Shown one piece after another: positions 11,501 to 20,308 of a DNA stretch of 64,000 bases (position 1 is the stretch's first letter; each line of letters starts with the position of its first letter). The notes under the pieces were generated by a model. The model ran no database searches, was not told the origin of the DNA, and saw only the letters and a list, made by a program, of their open reading frames with translations. Made by a program: the position numbers and the translations under genes. This stretch comes from an uncultured Fibrobacterota bacterium (lineage in GTDB: Bacteria > Fibrobacterota > Chitinivibrionia > Chitinivibrionales > FEN-1185), in contig CAVWBU010000027.1 of the NCBI GenBank assembly GCA_963753345.1, forward strand, positions 160,001-224,000, in the 5' to 3' direction.

Positions 11501-11743
11501 CTGGGAGCGATTTACTCCGGAAGGGGAGAACTCGACAGGGCGGTGGAATGTTATCTCAAGTCAATCGAACGACAGCATGATCTGCCTGAAGCGTACGCCA
11601 ATCTTGTGAACATCTACATCGAAATGAAGAACGTCAAGGAGGCGCAGCGCTGGATCATCAAGGGCCTGGGCCACAATCCGGACAGCGAGATTCTCAAGGA
11701 GCTGGATGTCAAGGTGAAGCAATTGGCAAAGAAGAAAATGTAA
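8525..11743 (+). CDS. Large exported tetratricopeptide-repeat protein
   Basis: 1072 aa. Signal-peptide-like N-terminus and many TPR units (AHNNMGVVH, AYYNMG, YNLGQIY, YQLGYAY, INMGLSL, AWNNLGAIY, AYANL). Confidence 0.85.
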   Translation: MMMRTFHAVVFAACAATSSLAGQAPVNFFADSIGSIDALPAALLRGAQEAYDVNMKGLDALDRGDLDSAAAFFSKAMSLVPNYSDAHNNMGVVHFRKGNIREALAIWESVTKSDPEYATAYYNMGVADYHDKNYQACVPLLKKAVGLNRRFVEALIMLGRVDLALDRKKDAVANFREAAKAGPDRPDAWQFLAYGLFRDNDTAGAVSVLSKHQDNAPTLKMLGEIESFRKNYKAASAYFAEAVSRGGNAEELVNLASAQVDEHNCKEAIATLKLYASKVSVQSADAYLYGGIASKDCGDMTGARAYFEKGLAKYPADAILRYNLGQIYFQLKLFDQAEAMWNTVSDSLNDPSLYYLRALNARRKGNLDLAENYVRSALRRDERPEYLDLLGVLLYAKGNKEEATASFKKALRLDPELRSAQLNLALVSQSKDELEKSAIDLEKDRSECRSKCQDIALRLSIVYYNMGQADKAARLLEALPDGEKNERIFRHLALFHRELHEWDKAIRTLEKAKTFFILDLQTEYELAEDYLFSGDNRKAIDALNDLLGKWDQNPWRIYYQLGYAYMEMKEFSKAKTALAQSLKKKPDNLAAQGVMAYILNQEGDVVQARTIWEKTLKEDPSNSGLLINMGLSLEKDGRYEEALGYYEKAQLLNRDDNAIQINIGNAYSGMEKNRDAAKAYTAALNSPKRNLAAYDLFLIAQKTTDETTAGSMLAILKSEFPSSAYTARAQADMSLWKKDTAAALAKLESLGEKDPGDYVALARIYANRKIFDKATACLTKLPAEPYWEKARTGVMAQIDFLSGNYVRALAELKTIGDTGFAAMYNMAVAAFNAKEYPDAVAIGEKIVSKARGEDRADVCRLAGNAAMGEKQWKKAQEWYQQLEDLKRSDPLVQYNLAVICYNLGSIEESWTYYQKARALDSRLQNQDIEKRYALLHSDKGAILQILDSVDYWYNAAVSIQDSAHDSAAGANAEAYYKKILEKNPTYYRAWNNLGAIYSGRGELDRAVECYLKSIERQHDLPEAYANLVNIYIEMKNVKEAQRWIIKGLGHNPDSEILKELDVKVKQLAKKKM

Positions 11744-11756
11744 GGGGAGGTCATAT

Positions 11757-11903
11757 ATGAAGTCAACCACCAACCGCTATCGTCCTCCCCGCATCCGCTA
11801 CGAGCTCGACGATTGGCGCAGAAAAAAGCCGCAGGCCGATGCCGCTCCGCAATTCGGCAAACAGGCGCTGGGATACGGGAGGCGCAAAAAGGGAAAATCA
11901 TGA
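11757..11903 (+). CDS. Putative 48-aa basic small protein (below the ORF-track cutoff)
   Basis: SD GGGGAGG 6 nt before the ATG. Reads MKSTTNRYRPPRIRYELDDWRRKKPQADAAPQFGKQALGYGRRKKGKS*. Confidence 0.4.
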   Translation: MKSTTNRYRPPRIRYELDDWRRKKPQADAAPQFGKQALGYGRRKKGKS

Positions 11904-11986
11904 ACAACGGGATGCCTTCATATATTTTTGTCTGAAAATCAATTCACCGCGGTTATCTCGTACCCGGTGAGCGCACGGAGGAACTG

Positions 11987-13312
11987 ATGGATTACATGGA
12001 GTCCGTTCTGATTGTCGGTGGCGGAGGCCGCGAGCATGCGATGGTCAAGGCATTGCTGCGTTCCGATAGGCCGCTGTGCCTCTACGCCTATCCGGGAAAT
12101 CCCGGCATGCAGAACGACGGCTGCACGCTCGTCGACGGCGGCGTTACGGACTGGAACGAACTCGCGGCCTGGGTTGACAAGAACGAAATAGACCTCACCA
12201 TCGTTGGCCCGGAAGCGCCGCTCGTGGAAGGCATCGCGGATATTTTCGGGAAGAGGGGACGCGCCATTTTCGGACCAAGCGCCAAGGCCGCGCAGCTGGA
12301 GGGCAGCAAGTCCTTTGCGAAGAAATTCATGAAGAAATACGGCATCCCGACCGCGGCATTTGCCGTGTTCAACGACAGAGAATCGGCCGTTTCATATGTA
12401 AAGAAACAGGGCGCGCCCATTGTCGTCAAGGCCAGCGGTCTTGCGGCGGGGAAAGGCGCAGTGGTGTGCGAGACAATTGCCGAAGCGGTGGATGCCGTCA
12501 CCGGCATGCTCGACGGCAAGGTCTTCGGCCAGGCCGGGGCGACGGTTGTGATAGAGGAAAAAATGACGGGCGAGGAAGCGTCGGTCTTCGTCCTTTCCGA
12601 CGGCGCGACGTTCAGGATACTTCCCGTTTCGCAGGACCACAAGCGCATCGGCGATAACGACGCGGGGCTCAATACCGGAGGCATGGGCGCCTACGCGCCA
12701 TGCCCGCTCGTTGACGCCAAACTGCTCGGCCGCATCGAGGAGGACATTATCGTTCCGACGCTCGACGGCATGAAAAAGGAGGGATTTCCGTACCGGGGTC
12801 TCCTGTACGCAGGCATCATGGCGACCCCGAGCGGACCCAGGGTCGTCGAATTCAACTGCCGGTTCGGGGACCCGGAGACCCAGGCCGTGCTGCCGCTTGT
12901 CGATTGCGACTGGTACGACGTGTTCAAGGCGTGCGCCACCGGAACTCTTTCGTCGGTGGAATGGCATGTGCGGTCCGGGTACTGCGTCGCGGTGGTGCTG
13001 GCATCAAAAGGATATCCGGGCAAGTACGAAAAAGGCAACATCATCACCGGCATCGAAAAAGCGGAAGGACACAAGAGCAATGTCGACGTGTACCACGCCG
13101 GCACCGCGGTCAACAAGGAGGGGCAGTTCGTCACTAACGGCGGCCGCGTGCTCACCGTGAGCGCGTGGGACGAGAATTTTTCCGATGCCATCGCAACCGC
13201 GTACGAGGCCGTCGGCGCAATTCATTTTGAGGGGATGACCTACAGGAAAGACATCGCGGCCAAGGGCATGGCGAGGCTGAAGAAACAGAAGGCGTCGCTC
13301 GGCGTGGCGTAA
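11987..13312 (+). CDS. purD: Phosphoribosylamine--glycine ligase
   Basis: Motifs GGGGREHA, VGPEAPL, LEGSK, KASGLAAGKG, QDHKR, NTGGMGAY, EFNCRFGDPE, TNGGRV. Confidence 0.97.
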   Translation: MDYMESVLIVGGGGREHAMVKALLRSDRPLCLYAYPGNPGMQNDGCTLVDGGVTDWNELAAWVDKNEIDLTIVGPEAPLVEGIADIFGKRGRAIFGPSAKAAQLEGSKSFAKKFMKKYGIPTAAFAVFNDRESAVSYVKKQGAPIVVKASGLAAGKGAVVCETIAEAVDAVTGMLDGKVFGQAGATVVIEEKMTGEEASVFVLSDGATFRILPVSQDHKRIGDNDAGLNTGGMGAYAPCPLVDAKLLGRIEEDIIVPTLDGMKKEGFPYRGLLYAGIMATPSGPRVVEFNCRFGDPETQAVLPLVDCDWYDVFKACATGTLSSVEWHVRSGYCVAVVLASKGYPGKYEKGNIITGIEKAEGHKSNVDVYHAGTAVNKEGQFVTNGGRVLTVSAWDENFSDAIATAYEAVGAIHFEGMTYRKDIAAKGMARLKKQKASLGVA

Positions 13313-13367
13313 GCTAATGCGGGCCGCAATGGCCGATCTGGGGAAAAGGCAACCAACAGGAGTGCAC

Positions 13368-13832
13368 ATGTCCGGAATGAAAGTCGCCCTCGTCATGGGT
13401 TCGAAGTCCGACAGGGAGCACGCAGAGAAGGCCGAAGCGATCCTCAAGGAATTCGGCGTGGACTTCGAAACGTTCACCCTTTCGGCCCACCGGAATCCCA
13501 ACAAGATAAAGAAATTCGCGAAAAGCGCCGAGGAAAGCGGGTTCGGCGTGATTGTCGCCATGGCCGGGCTGGCCGCGCATTTGCCGGGCGTCGTGGCAAG
13601 TCTCACGGTGCTTCCCGTCATCGGCGTGCCCATCGAGTCCGGACCGCTCCGCGGCGAGGATGCTCTTCTGTCAATCGTGCAGATGCCGCCGGGCGTCCCG
13701 GTCGCCACCGTCGGCATCGGCAACGCTAAAAACGCGGCTCTCCTTGCCGTGCAGATTCTTTCGGTGCACAACCTCAAGCTGCGCGAAAAGATGAAGGAGT
13801 ACCGCGGTCGGTTCGGGGACGACCTTGACTGA
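13368..13832 (+). CDS. purE: N5-CAIR mutase
   Basis: Motifs MGSKSD, SAHR, AGLAAHLPG, QMPPGVPVATV. SD AGGAG before ATG 13368. Confidence 0.95.
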   Translation: MSGMKVALVMGSKSDREHAEKAEAILKEFGVDFETFTLSAHRNPNKIKKFAKSAEESGFGVIVAMAGLAAHLPGVVASLTVLPVIGVPIESGPLRGEDALLSIVQMPPGVPVATVGIGNAKNAALLAVQILSVHNLKLREKMKEYRGRFGDDLD

Positions 13833-14451
13833 ACGGATCCCTCTGGCGCCTCTTCTAACGGGCGAGGCAGGCTGCTCGGTCGCCGACCTTGCGCGCAGGA
13901 TCGAAACCGGCGCGGTCTTCATCTATCCCACCGAAACAATTTACGGCATCGGCGGCCGCGCCGACAACGCGGCTGTCGAGCGGCGCATCCGTTCCGTTAA
14001 GGAACGCAGGACTCCGGCCCCGTTTATTCTGCTCGCGGCGGACAGGAGCCGCTTCGAAACGCTCGGCCTTCGTTTCACAGGCAACGCGGCGCTTCTTGCA
14101 AACAGGTTCTGGCCAGGCCCGGTGACTCTCGTGCTGCCCGCGCCGGGTTCGGTCGCCGGCGTGGGGGTGAGGGTTTCCAGTTATCCTTTCGTCACCGCGC
14201 TCGACGCGAAGCTCGGCATGCCGATTTTCTCCACAAGCGCGAACCTGAGTGATTCGCCTTACGTCAACGATCCGGATGCGATTTTCTCGGCATTCCGTAC
14301 GCGAGTGGATTTCATGGTCGACGCGGGGGTCCTGCCGGAATCACGGCCCTCGACGGTCGTGCGCGTCAATGCCGATGATTCGCTCGAAATTCTGCGGGAG
14401 GGAATTGTGGCCCCGGAACGTATTTTTCAAACGATACGCAACCCCGGTTGA
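13825..14451 (+). CDS. tsaC: L-threonylcarbamoyladenylate synthase (YrdC/Sua5)
   Basis: Motifs YPTETIYG, FWPGPVT, STSANLS, PSTVV. Confidence 0.9.
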   Translation: MTERIPLAPLLTGEAGCSVADLARRIETGAVFIYPTETIYGIGGRADNAAVERRIRSVKERRTPAPFILLAADRSRFETLGLRFTGNAALLANRFWPGPVTLVLPAPGSVAGVGVRVSSYPFVTALDAKLGMPIFSTSANLSDSPYVNDPDAIFSAFRTRVDFMVDAGVLPESRPSTVVRVNADDSLEILREGIVAPERIFQTIRNPG

Positions 14452-14464
14452 CCGCCAACACACC

Positions 14465-16069
14465 ATGCAGCCTGCAGACCACGCATCAACGAAGTCCGGC
14501 GCCCGACCGCGCCTTCTACTCATCAATCCGTTCGCGGAAATAAAGCAGTTTATATCCAACATCGGTTTCGCAAGGCTTATCGGCAAGAGGGCGGGCACCA
14601 CGCCGCTTGCTCTTCCCTTGCTGGCCGCGCTCGCGCCCGCGCACTGGGACGTGCGGATCATCGACGAAGAACTGGAGGCGATTCCGCCCGACATTGCCGC
14701 CGACCTCGTGGGGATCACCGCGCTGACCACCACCATCGACCGCGCATACCGCATTGCGGACTCTTTCCGCACGCGCGGGATAAAAGTTGTGATGGGCGGT
14801 CCCACCGTCACGTGCAATCCGGATGAGGCGCTCACGCATGCCGACTGCGTGGTCGTGGGCGAGGCGGAGCGTGTGTGGAAGGACCTGCTTGACGGAGCGG
14901 AACACGGAACACTGGAACGGGTGTACCGTTCGCCCGCCCCTCCGGCCTACGAACGCTCGCCGGTCCCGCGGTGGGATCTGATCGACACCGAAAAAATTGC
15001 CGCGCTGTCGGTGCAGGTGTCGCGCGGCTGCCCGTTCTGCTGCGATTTCTGCCTTGTTTCGCAGCTGTTCGGCCGGACCATGCGGTACCGGGATATCGAC
15101 GACATCATGGCCGAAATACAGTCGCTCCCCAAGAAGACGCTGTTCTTTGTCGACGACAATCTCACGGCAAACAAGGAGTTCGCACGGGCGCTTATGAAGC
15201 GCCTCGCTCCGCTCGGCGTGCTGTGGATCGCGCAGGTGAGCATCGAAATTGCGGACTTCCCGGATCTTCTCGCCGACATGGCCGCCGCCGGATGCATGCA
15301 CGTTCTGGTCGGGCTCGAATCGGTGAACGAGGCCAGTCTCGGCGAGGCGCATAAGAGGCAGAACAACATCGAACGATACGCCGAGGCGATACGCACGATA
15401 CACCGCGCAGGCATTCAGGTGAATGTCTCCATGATCGTGGGGTTCGACAACGACACGCTCGCCGAATTCGCCAGGATCCGCGAATTCCTACATGCCGCCG
15501 ATGTGTGGTATGTCAATCTTAATATTCTTGACGCAATTCGGGGAACTGCGCTTTTCCGGCGGATCGTGTCCGAAGGACGGTGGTGCAACCGGGAGAACAG
15601 GCTTACGGGCGGCATGTTCCCGACATTCCGGTACAAGAACATGTCGCAGACCGAGCTGTTCGGCGCCTACTTCGAAACCCTGCGCGCGGTGTATTCGTGG
15701 GACGACCTTCTGCCGCGGATTGCGCGGTTGTTTGCGACCGGATGGTTCACACGACCCGAGCGCAACCGGGACATCCGCGTGCGCGACAAACTACGCATGA
15801 CGCTCGGGATCATCCGCAGGTTTCTCGTCGATGCGGAGCCGGCGAAGCGCAGGATATTTCTGGAACTGTTCCGTCTTATTCGCACCCGGAAAGTGGCACC
15901 GGAGAAGGTGGTATTCTTTCTCCTCACCGTTGAAGGAATCCACAGGCTATATGCGGACATCGAGCCGATGCTGCCGCAATGGCGCGCAACAATCGCGGCA
16001 CGGGACGCGGCGACGGCATCGTCGGACGCGCGCGGCCAGGTGCAAAAAAACATTTCGGAGGCTTTGTAA
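14465..16069 (+). CDS. B12-binding radical SAM protein
   Basis: N-terminal cobalamin-binding region (PLALPLLAA, MGGP, GEAE) and 'SRGCPFCCDFC' CxxxCxxC. Start placed at ATG 14465. Confidence 0.88.
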   Translation: MQPADHASTKSGARPRLLLINPFAEIKQFISNIGFARLIGKRAGTTPLALPLLAALAPAHWDVRIIDEELEAIPPDIAADLVGITALTTTIDRAYRIADSFRTRGIKVVMGGPTVTCNPDEALTHADCVVVGEAERVWKDLLDGAEHGTLERVYRSPAPPAYERSPVPRWDLIDTEKIAALSVQVSRGCPFCCDFCLVSQLFGRTMRYRDIDDIMAEIQSLPKKTLFFVDDNLTANKEFARALMKRLAPLGVLWIAQVSIEIADFPDLLADMAAAGCMHVLVGLESVNEASLGEAHKRQNNIERYAEAIRTIHRAGIQVNVSMIVGFDNDTLAEFARIREFLHAADVWYVNLNILDAIRGTALFRRIVSEGRWCNRENRLTGGMFPTFRYKNMSQTELFGAYFETLRAVYSWDDLLPRIARLFATGWFTRPERNRDIRVRDKLRMTLGIIRRFLVDAEPAKRRIFLELFRLIRTRKVAPEKVVFFLLTVEGIHRLYADIEPMLPQWRATIAARDAATASSDARGQVQKNISEAL

Positions 16070-16119
16070 ACAAAAAACCCTACAACCTTGGTTACCATGA
16101 ACCTTAACAGGAGGCGAGC

Positions 16120-16659
16120 GTGAAAATGGGCTTTTTCTTTTCGGGAATTTTCTGGGGCGGCATTTTGATCCTTCTCGGCATTTCGGTTATCGTCCGGATC
16201 GTGTTCAACATCCACATTCCCTTGGTGCGCATTGCGTTTGCGCTTGTCCTCATTTACCTTGGCATACGGGTGCTGGTCGGAGATTCGTGGTGCCGATGGA
16301 GCGGTAGCGGCGGAACCGCCGTCTTCAGTGAAGTAAAGACCGAGATCTCGGGCGATTCCGGCGACCACACCATTATTTTCGGGAAAGGCGTCGTGAGCCT
16401 GACCGACATGTCGCTTGCGGAAAAGGGAAAAAGAGTCAGGATAAACACGATCTTCGGCGCAGGGGAAATTCACGTGAGCCCTTCCGTGCCGGCCATCATC
16501 AGGGTGACTGCGGCGTTCAGCGGTGCCCGGATGCCCGACGGAAACATCATTTCCTTTGGAGAGTATAGTTACAAGACAAAATCATATTCCGATCCTGCCA
16601 AGGCGATAAAAGTTGACGCAACGGTGGTGTTCGGGGGCCTGGAGATAATCGAGCAATAG
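16120..16659 (+). CDS. Membrane protein with LiaF-like C-terminal domain
   Basis: Two N-terminal TM helices ('FWGGILILLG', 'LIYLGI') and repeated 'xFG/FS' beta motifs ending 'VVFGGLEI'. SD AGGAGG. Confidence 0.65.
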   Translation: MKMGFFFSGIFWGGILILLGISVIVRIVFNIHIPLVRIAFALVLIYLGIRVLVGDSWCRWSGSGGTAVFSEVKTEISGDSGDHTIIFGKGVVSLTDMSLAEKGKRVRINTIFGAGEIHVSPSVPAIIRVTAAFSGARMPDGNIISFGEYSYKTKSYSDPAKAIKVDATVVFGGLEIIEQ

Positions 16660-16808
16660 GGGCCGCCGGTAGCAAACAGAAAGAAAAGAGGCTTTTGTGG
16701 GCACTGGCCATTACCAGAAAACGGCCCTCAAAGGCCATTTTTTTTGCTTGTGCGGCCTTGTATCATCCCTGATTTTAATGGGTTAGTCCCTGTTTTGGAG
16801 GCGGTCGC

Positions 16809-16825
16809 TCTTACCGGGGGTAAGA
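16809..16825. promoter_or_regulatory. Palindrome TCTTACC-GGG-GGTAAGA upstream of the TIGR02147 gene (operator or minus-strand terminator)
   Basis: Perfect 7-bp arms with a 3-nt spacer, followed by an A-run. Confidence 0.3.
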
Positions 16826-16966
16826 AAAAAACACTGGTAAACGATCTGCAACAGGGTAATATTAGTGCAGAGAGGAATCGCGCCGGATAGACGAAATGCT
16901 ATGAGAGGCCGTCGATGTCGCAATTGTCGTGTGCGGAACCTCATTTCAGCCAGTCAGGATCTCATC

Positions 16967-17812
16967 ATGCCAAACCTCTATGAATTTGTCAACTACCGGC
17001 TGTACCTGCAGGATTTTCTCGCAGAGCACAAGAAAGACGCAGAGCCGGACTATTCCCACAAGATGATCCTTGCCAAAATGGGAATTTCCTCCACCGGTTT
17101 CCTCTCCAACGTCATTGCCGGCAGAAAGAACCTCACGCCGATCCAGATCATAAAACTCGCCAAAATCCTGCGGATGAACAAGGCCGAATCGGCGTATTTC
17201 GAAGCCATGGTGTACTTTACACAGGCGAAACTCATCGACGAAAAGAACGAATATTTCAACCGGCTGGTCACCCTGCAAAAAGTGAACCTCAAGGTTCTTG
17301 ATAAAAAGAAGATGTCCGTTTTCTCCAAATGGTACTATGTCGTGGTGCGGGAACTGCTGTATTTTTACCGCTACAACGGCAGCAATCCTTCGGGTCTGGG
17401 CCACAAAGTGGAGCCGACGATCCGCCACTCCGAGGCGGAACAGGCGGTCCGCTACCTGGAGGAGCTCGGATTGATTGAAAAGGGCGAGAACGGGTACTAT
17501 AAGCAGGTTGAAAACGCGGTAACGTCCGGCGATGAAGTCAGGTCGCTGCACCTTACCAACTTTCAACTCGCCACCATGGAGCTTGCAAAAAGGGCAATTC
17601 AGAAAATCCCGGCCGCCGAGCGCGACGTCTCCGTGCTTACCATGACGTTGTCGCAGGACACCTTTCAGATGGTGAAGTCGGAGCTCCAGCACATCAGAAA
17701 ACGCATCGCGAAAATCGCGGTTGACGAAGACAAGCCGGACAGAGTGTATCAGCTCAACATCCAGTTTTTCCCGGTCACCAAGAAACCGGAAGTGTCATCC
17801 TCCGATGAATAA
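16967..17812 (+). CDS. TIGR02147-family protein (HTH-like N-terminus, DUF4423-like C-terminus)
   Basis: About 281 aa. Family hallmarks 'YEFVNYRLYLQD', 'STGFLSNVIAGRKNLT', 'YFEAMVYFTQAK', 'KWYYVVVRE', 'ERDVSVLT', 'VYQLNIQFFP'. Confidence 0.88.
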   Translation: MPNLYEFVNYRLYLQDFLAEHKKDAEPDYSHKMILAKMGISSTGFLSNVIAGRKNLTPIQIIKLAKILRMNKAESAYFEAMVYFTQAKLIDEKNEYFNRLVTLQKVNLKVLDKKKMSVFSKWYYVVVRELLYFYRYNGSNPSGLGHKVEPTIRHSEAEQAVRYLEELGLIEKGENGYYKQVENAVTSGDEVRSLHLTNFQLATMELAKRAIQKIPAAERDVSVLTMTLSQDTFQMVKSELQHIRKRIAKIAVDEDKPDRVYQLNIQFFPVTKKPEVSSSDE

Positions 17813-19481
17813 GCACCTGCATACCGTTGTGCTGCCGCTTGTCCGCCTGCTGTTCTGCGGGGGAGCGTGCCTGTATTTGGAGTGCACGACCAACCTGGCG
17901 GGAAGCGTCACCGAAGGCGGCAACGTGGAGGTTGCCGGAATCGTGGTCGACGGGGCAGGCAACGCCATTGCCGGGGCCCAAGTTTCGATCCGGCCGAGTG
18001 ATTTTCTGAAAGACACTTCCGGGAAAACGCCGTCGCGAAATGTTTCGGCAAATGCGGTTTCGGACAGCAAGGGGAAGTTCCTCCTCGATTCGATTGACCC
18101 GGGAGAATACTGCATTGCGGCTGCGAGCGGCGATTCGCTGGCCGTCCTGGTGCGGGTGAGCCTCCTCAAGCCGGGCGATACGTCGCTTGCGCCGGCCCGG
18201 CTCATACCTGCTGCAACCATAGAGGGCACGGTAGTCGATCAGAACGGTGTCGCCAATGCAACCTATGTGAGGGCATACGGACTTGACAGGATCGCCAGGG
18301 TCGACAGTGCCACCGGCCGGTTCGCCCTCAGCGTGATTCCGGCAGGAACGTATCAGCTTCGGATCGACGTGTCTTCGCCGTTGTACACTCCCGTCGCCGT
18401 TCCGAATGTCGCATGCGCCAGCGGCGGGAATACGAACCTCGACACAATCGCAATAGCGCCGTTCTACGGAGAGAATTACGCCCTGTGGCCGTATTCCTCA
18501 ACTGTCAAGCTGAATACGACGTCTTCCGGAGCGCAGGTGACGAGCACCATTGCCGGGTTCCCGGTGCTCATCCGCCTGAGGGCACCGGCGTTTGCGTTCG
18601 GGCAATGCCTGCCGGACGGCCGTGATCTGCGTTTTGCCAACAGTAAAGGGGTACATCTTCCTTTCGAGATAGAGCGGTTCGATCCCAACGCCCAGATCGC
18701 GGACGTGTGGGTGCTGGTCGACACGGTCAAGGGGAACGATTCCACCGTTATTTCCTTATACTGGGGCAACGCCAATGCCGTGATGCAGTCGTCTTCGGGA
18801 ACGGTCTTCGACACGGGACTCGGCTACACAGCCGTGTGGCACCTGAACGACAAGGCGCTTAACGACAGGCGTGACGCCACCTTCAACGGCAACAACGCTG
18901 TTCCCGCTCCCGGAACGTATGAGGGCGACGAATGGACCTACGGGCTTATCGGCGGATGTGACAGCCTCGACGACAACGATGACCATCTGGTCGCACCGAG
19001 CATCAACGCCGGGGCGGCCCTGACCGTCAGCATGTGGATCAACATGTATGAATTGACTGCTTCCCACATGCAGTATTTCATCGGAAAAGCCGGTGCAGTC
19101 GCCGGCAGGCCGCCGCTGTATTCCCTTATGTTAAATGAAAGCAATCAACTGGCAATGAATGTGACCGTCAAAGGCAGGCCCGATTCCCTGAGCGGCGGTT
19201 CGCTTTCCATCAATTCGTGGTATTTTGTCGCCGGGACCTACGACGGAACGACGCTCAAGGTGTATGTGAACGGGGCGTTGGCAGGCAGCAAGGCGGTTTC
19301 CGGCCGGATTGACACGAGCAGCACTAATCTCTACATCGGTTACTACGACAGGGATTCCCAAAAGCTGCACGGCAAGATCGATGAAGTCCGTATGTTGAGG
19401 ATATCGGAGAGTGCGGATTGGATCAAACTGTGTTACGAAAACCAGATGCCAAACAGCACGTTTGGTATGTTTGGCAACTGA
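17805..19481 (+). CDS. Predicted lipoprotein: two carboxypeptidase-regulatory-like repeats, DUF2341, LamG
   Basis: Hydrophobic leader ending in Cys then 'TTNLAGSVTEGGN'. Repeats 'GIVVDGAG/GTVVDQNG'. DUF2341 'FPVLIRL..DGRDLRF..LPFEIE..VWV..LYWGN'. LamG 'WYFVAGTYDG..VYVNG..GKIDEVR'. Overlaps the TIGR02147 stop by 8 bp. Confidence 0.8.
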   Translation: MNKHLHTVVLPLVRLLFCGGACLYLECTTNLAGSVTEGGNVEVAGIVVDGAGNAIAGAQVSIRPSDFLKDTSGKTPSRNVSANAVSDSKGKFLLDSIDPGEYCIAAASGDSLAVLVRVSLLKPGDTSLAPARLIPAATIEGTVVDQNGVANATYVRAYGLDRIARVDSATGRFALSVIPAGTYQLRIDVSSPLYTPVAVPNVACASGGNTNLDTIAIAPFYGENYALWPYSSTVKLNTTSSGAQVTSTIAGFPVLIRLRAPAFAFGQCLPDGRDLRFANSKGVHLPFEIERFDPNAQIADVWVLVDTVKGNDSTVISLYWGNANAVMQSSSGTVFDTGLGYTAVWHLNDKALNDRRDATFNGNNAVPAPGTYEGDEWTYGLIGGCDSLDDNDDHLVAPSINAGAALTVSMWINMYELTASHMQYFIGKAGAVAGRPPLYSLMLNESNQLAMNVTVKGRPDSLSGGSLSINSWYFVAGTYDGTTLKVYVNGALAGSKAVSGRIDTSSTNLYIGYYDRDSQKLHGKIDEVRMLRISESADWIKLCYENQMPNSTFGMFGN

Positions 19482-19496
19482 CTGTTTGCTCTTTTG

Positions 19497-20150
19497 TTAA
19501 TCCCGCCGTCTCCGCAAGACAAGGATTTCAACGCGCGTTTTTCCCTCATTCACGAATTCCTCCCAAGCAAGCGCGCCCGCAAAACCGGCTGTGCCGGCCG
19601 ATTTCTTGAATAAATCCCACCATTGTCTGCACGGGTCGGCAATCAATGCAAAACCTCCGGGCGCAAGCGCGTCACCAAGAAACCGCAGGACCGGCTCCAC
19701 CCACCGGGCCTCGTATATTATATCCGACGCAATGATGCAATCGAACACGCGCTCAAAACAGGGATGGCGCCAGTCGGTGCATACGACAATGGAGCGCGGG
19801 GCGTGCAAGAGAATGTTGTGCCGGGAAAAACGGCAGGCGTCAAACGAAATATCCATTGCAACGCACCGGACATTGTTGCGACCCAGCAGCGCCGAAACTG
19901 TTCCAAGCCCGCTGCCAAGTTCACCTACGAGTCCGTCTTCGGGCAACGTCTGGCGCCACCTTGCCGCAAGAAAGTTGAACAGGCCGAACGACGCGGGCCA
20001 CTGCTCGGCCCAGTAGGGAAGCATCTTGTCTTTTTCGTATTCTTCGTCGGTCATTGAATCGAGGATGCCTTCGGGGTTGGCAGGCCGCACGAACTGCATT
20101 GCTCCGGCATTGGTGGCCATGGAGAACGCGACATGAGGAACGGGAAGCAT
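19497..20150 (-). CDS. SAM-dependent methyltransferase (Methyltransf_16-like, putative protein methylase)
   Basis: Motifs 'LPYWAEQWPAS', 'ELGSGLG', 'IIASDIIYE', 'IADPCR'. Confidence 0.8.
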   Translation of the reverse strand: MLPVPHVAFSMATNAGAMQFVRPANPEGILDSMTDEEYEKDKMLPYWAEQWPASFGLFNFLAARWRQTLPEDGLVGELGSGLGTVSALLGRNNVRCVAMDISFDACRFSRHNILLHAPRSIVVCTDWRHPCFERVFDCIIASDIIYEARWVEPVLRFLGDALAPGGFALIADPCRQWWDLFKKSAGTAGFAGALAWEEFVNEGKTRVEILVLRRRRD

Positions 20151-20247
20151 GCTGTAAATTTACATTCATGAGACATCACAAAGGCAGCCAGGAATGATGG
20201 GCGCTCCGCGGCAATGCCGCGGCAGGCTGACTGCGACTTGATTTAGG

Positions 20248-20277
20248 TTGACCGAGGATTCTACGAGGCGGTATAAT
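20248..20277 (+). promoter_or_regulatory. Sigma70-type promoter TTGACC-N18-TATAAT
   Basis: Near-consensus hexamers upstream of ORF 20309. Confidence 0.55.
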
Positions 20278-20308
20278 CAAGAAGTCAGAGATCACTTGAA
20301 GAAAGGAA

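Noticed and set aside
11904-11986. Possible purine/ZTP riboswitch before purD
   Set aside because: Only a short TCACCG/CGGTGA hairpin is present and no aptamer consensus was recognised. An Rfam scan would settle it.
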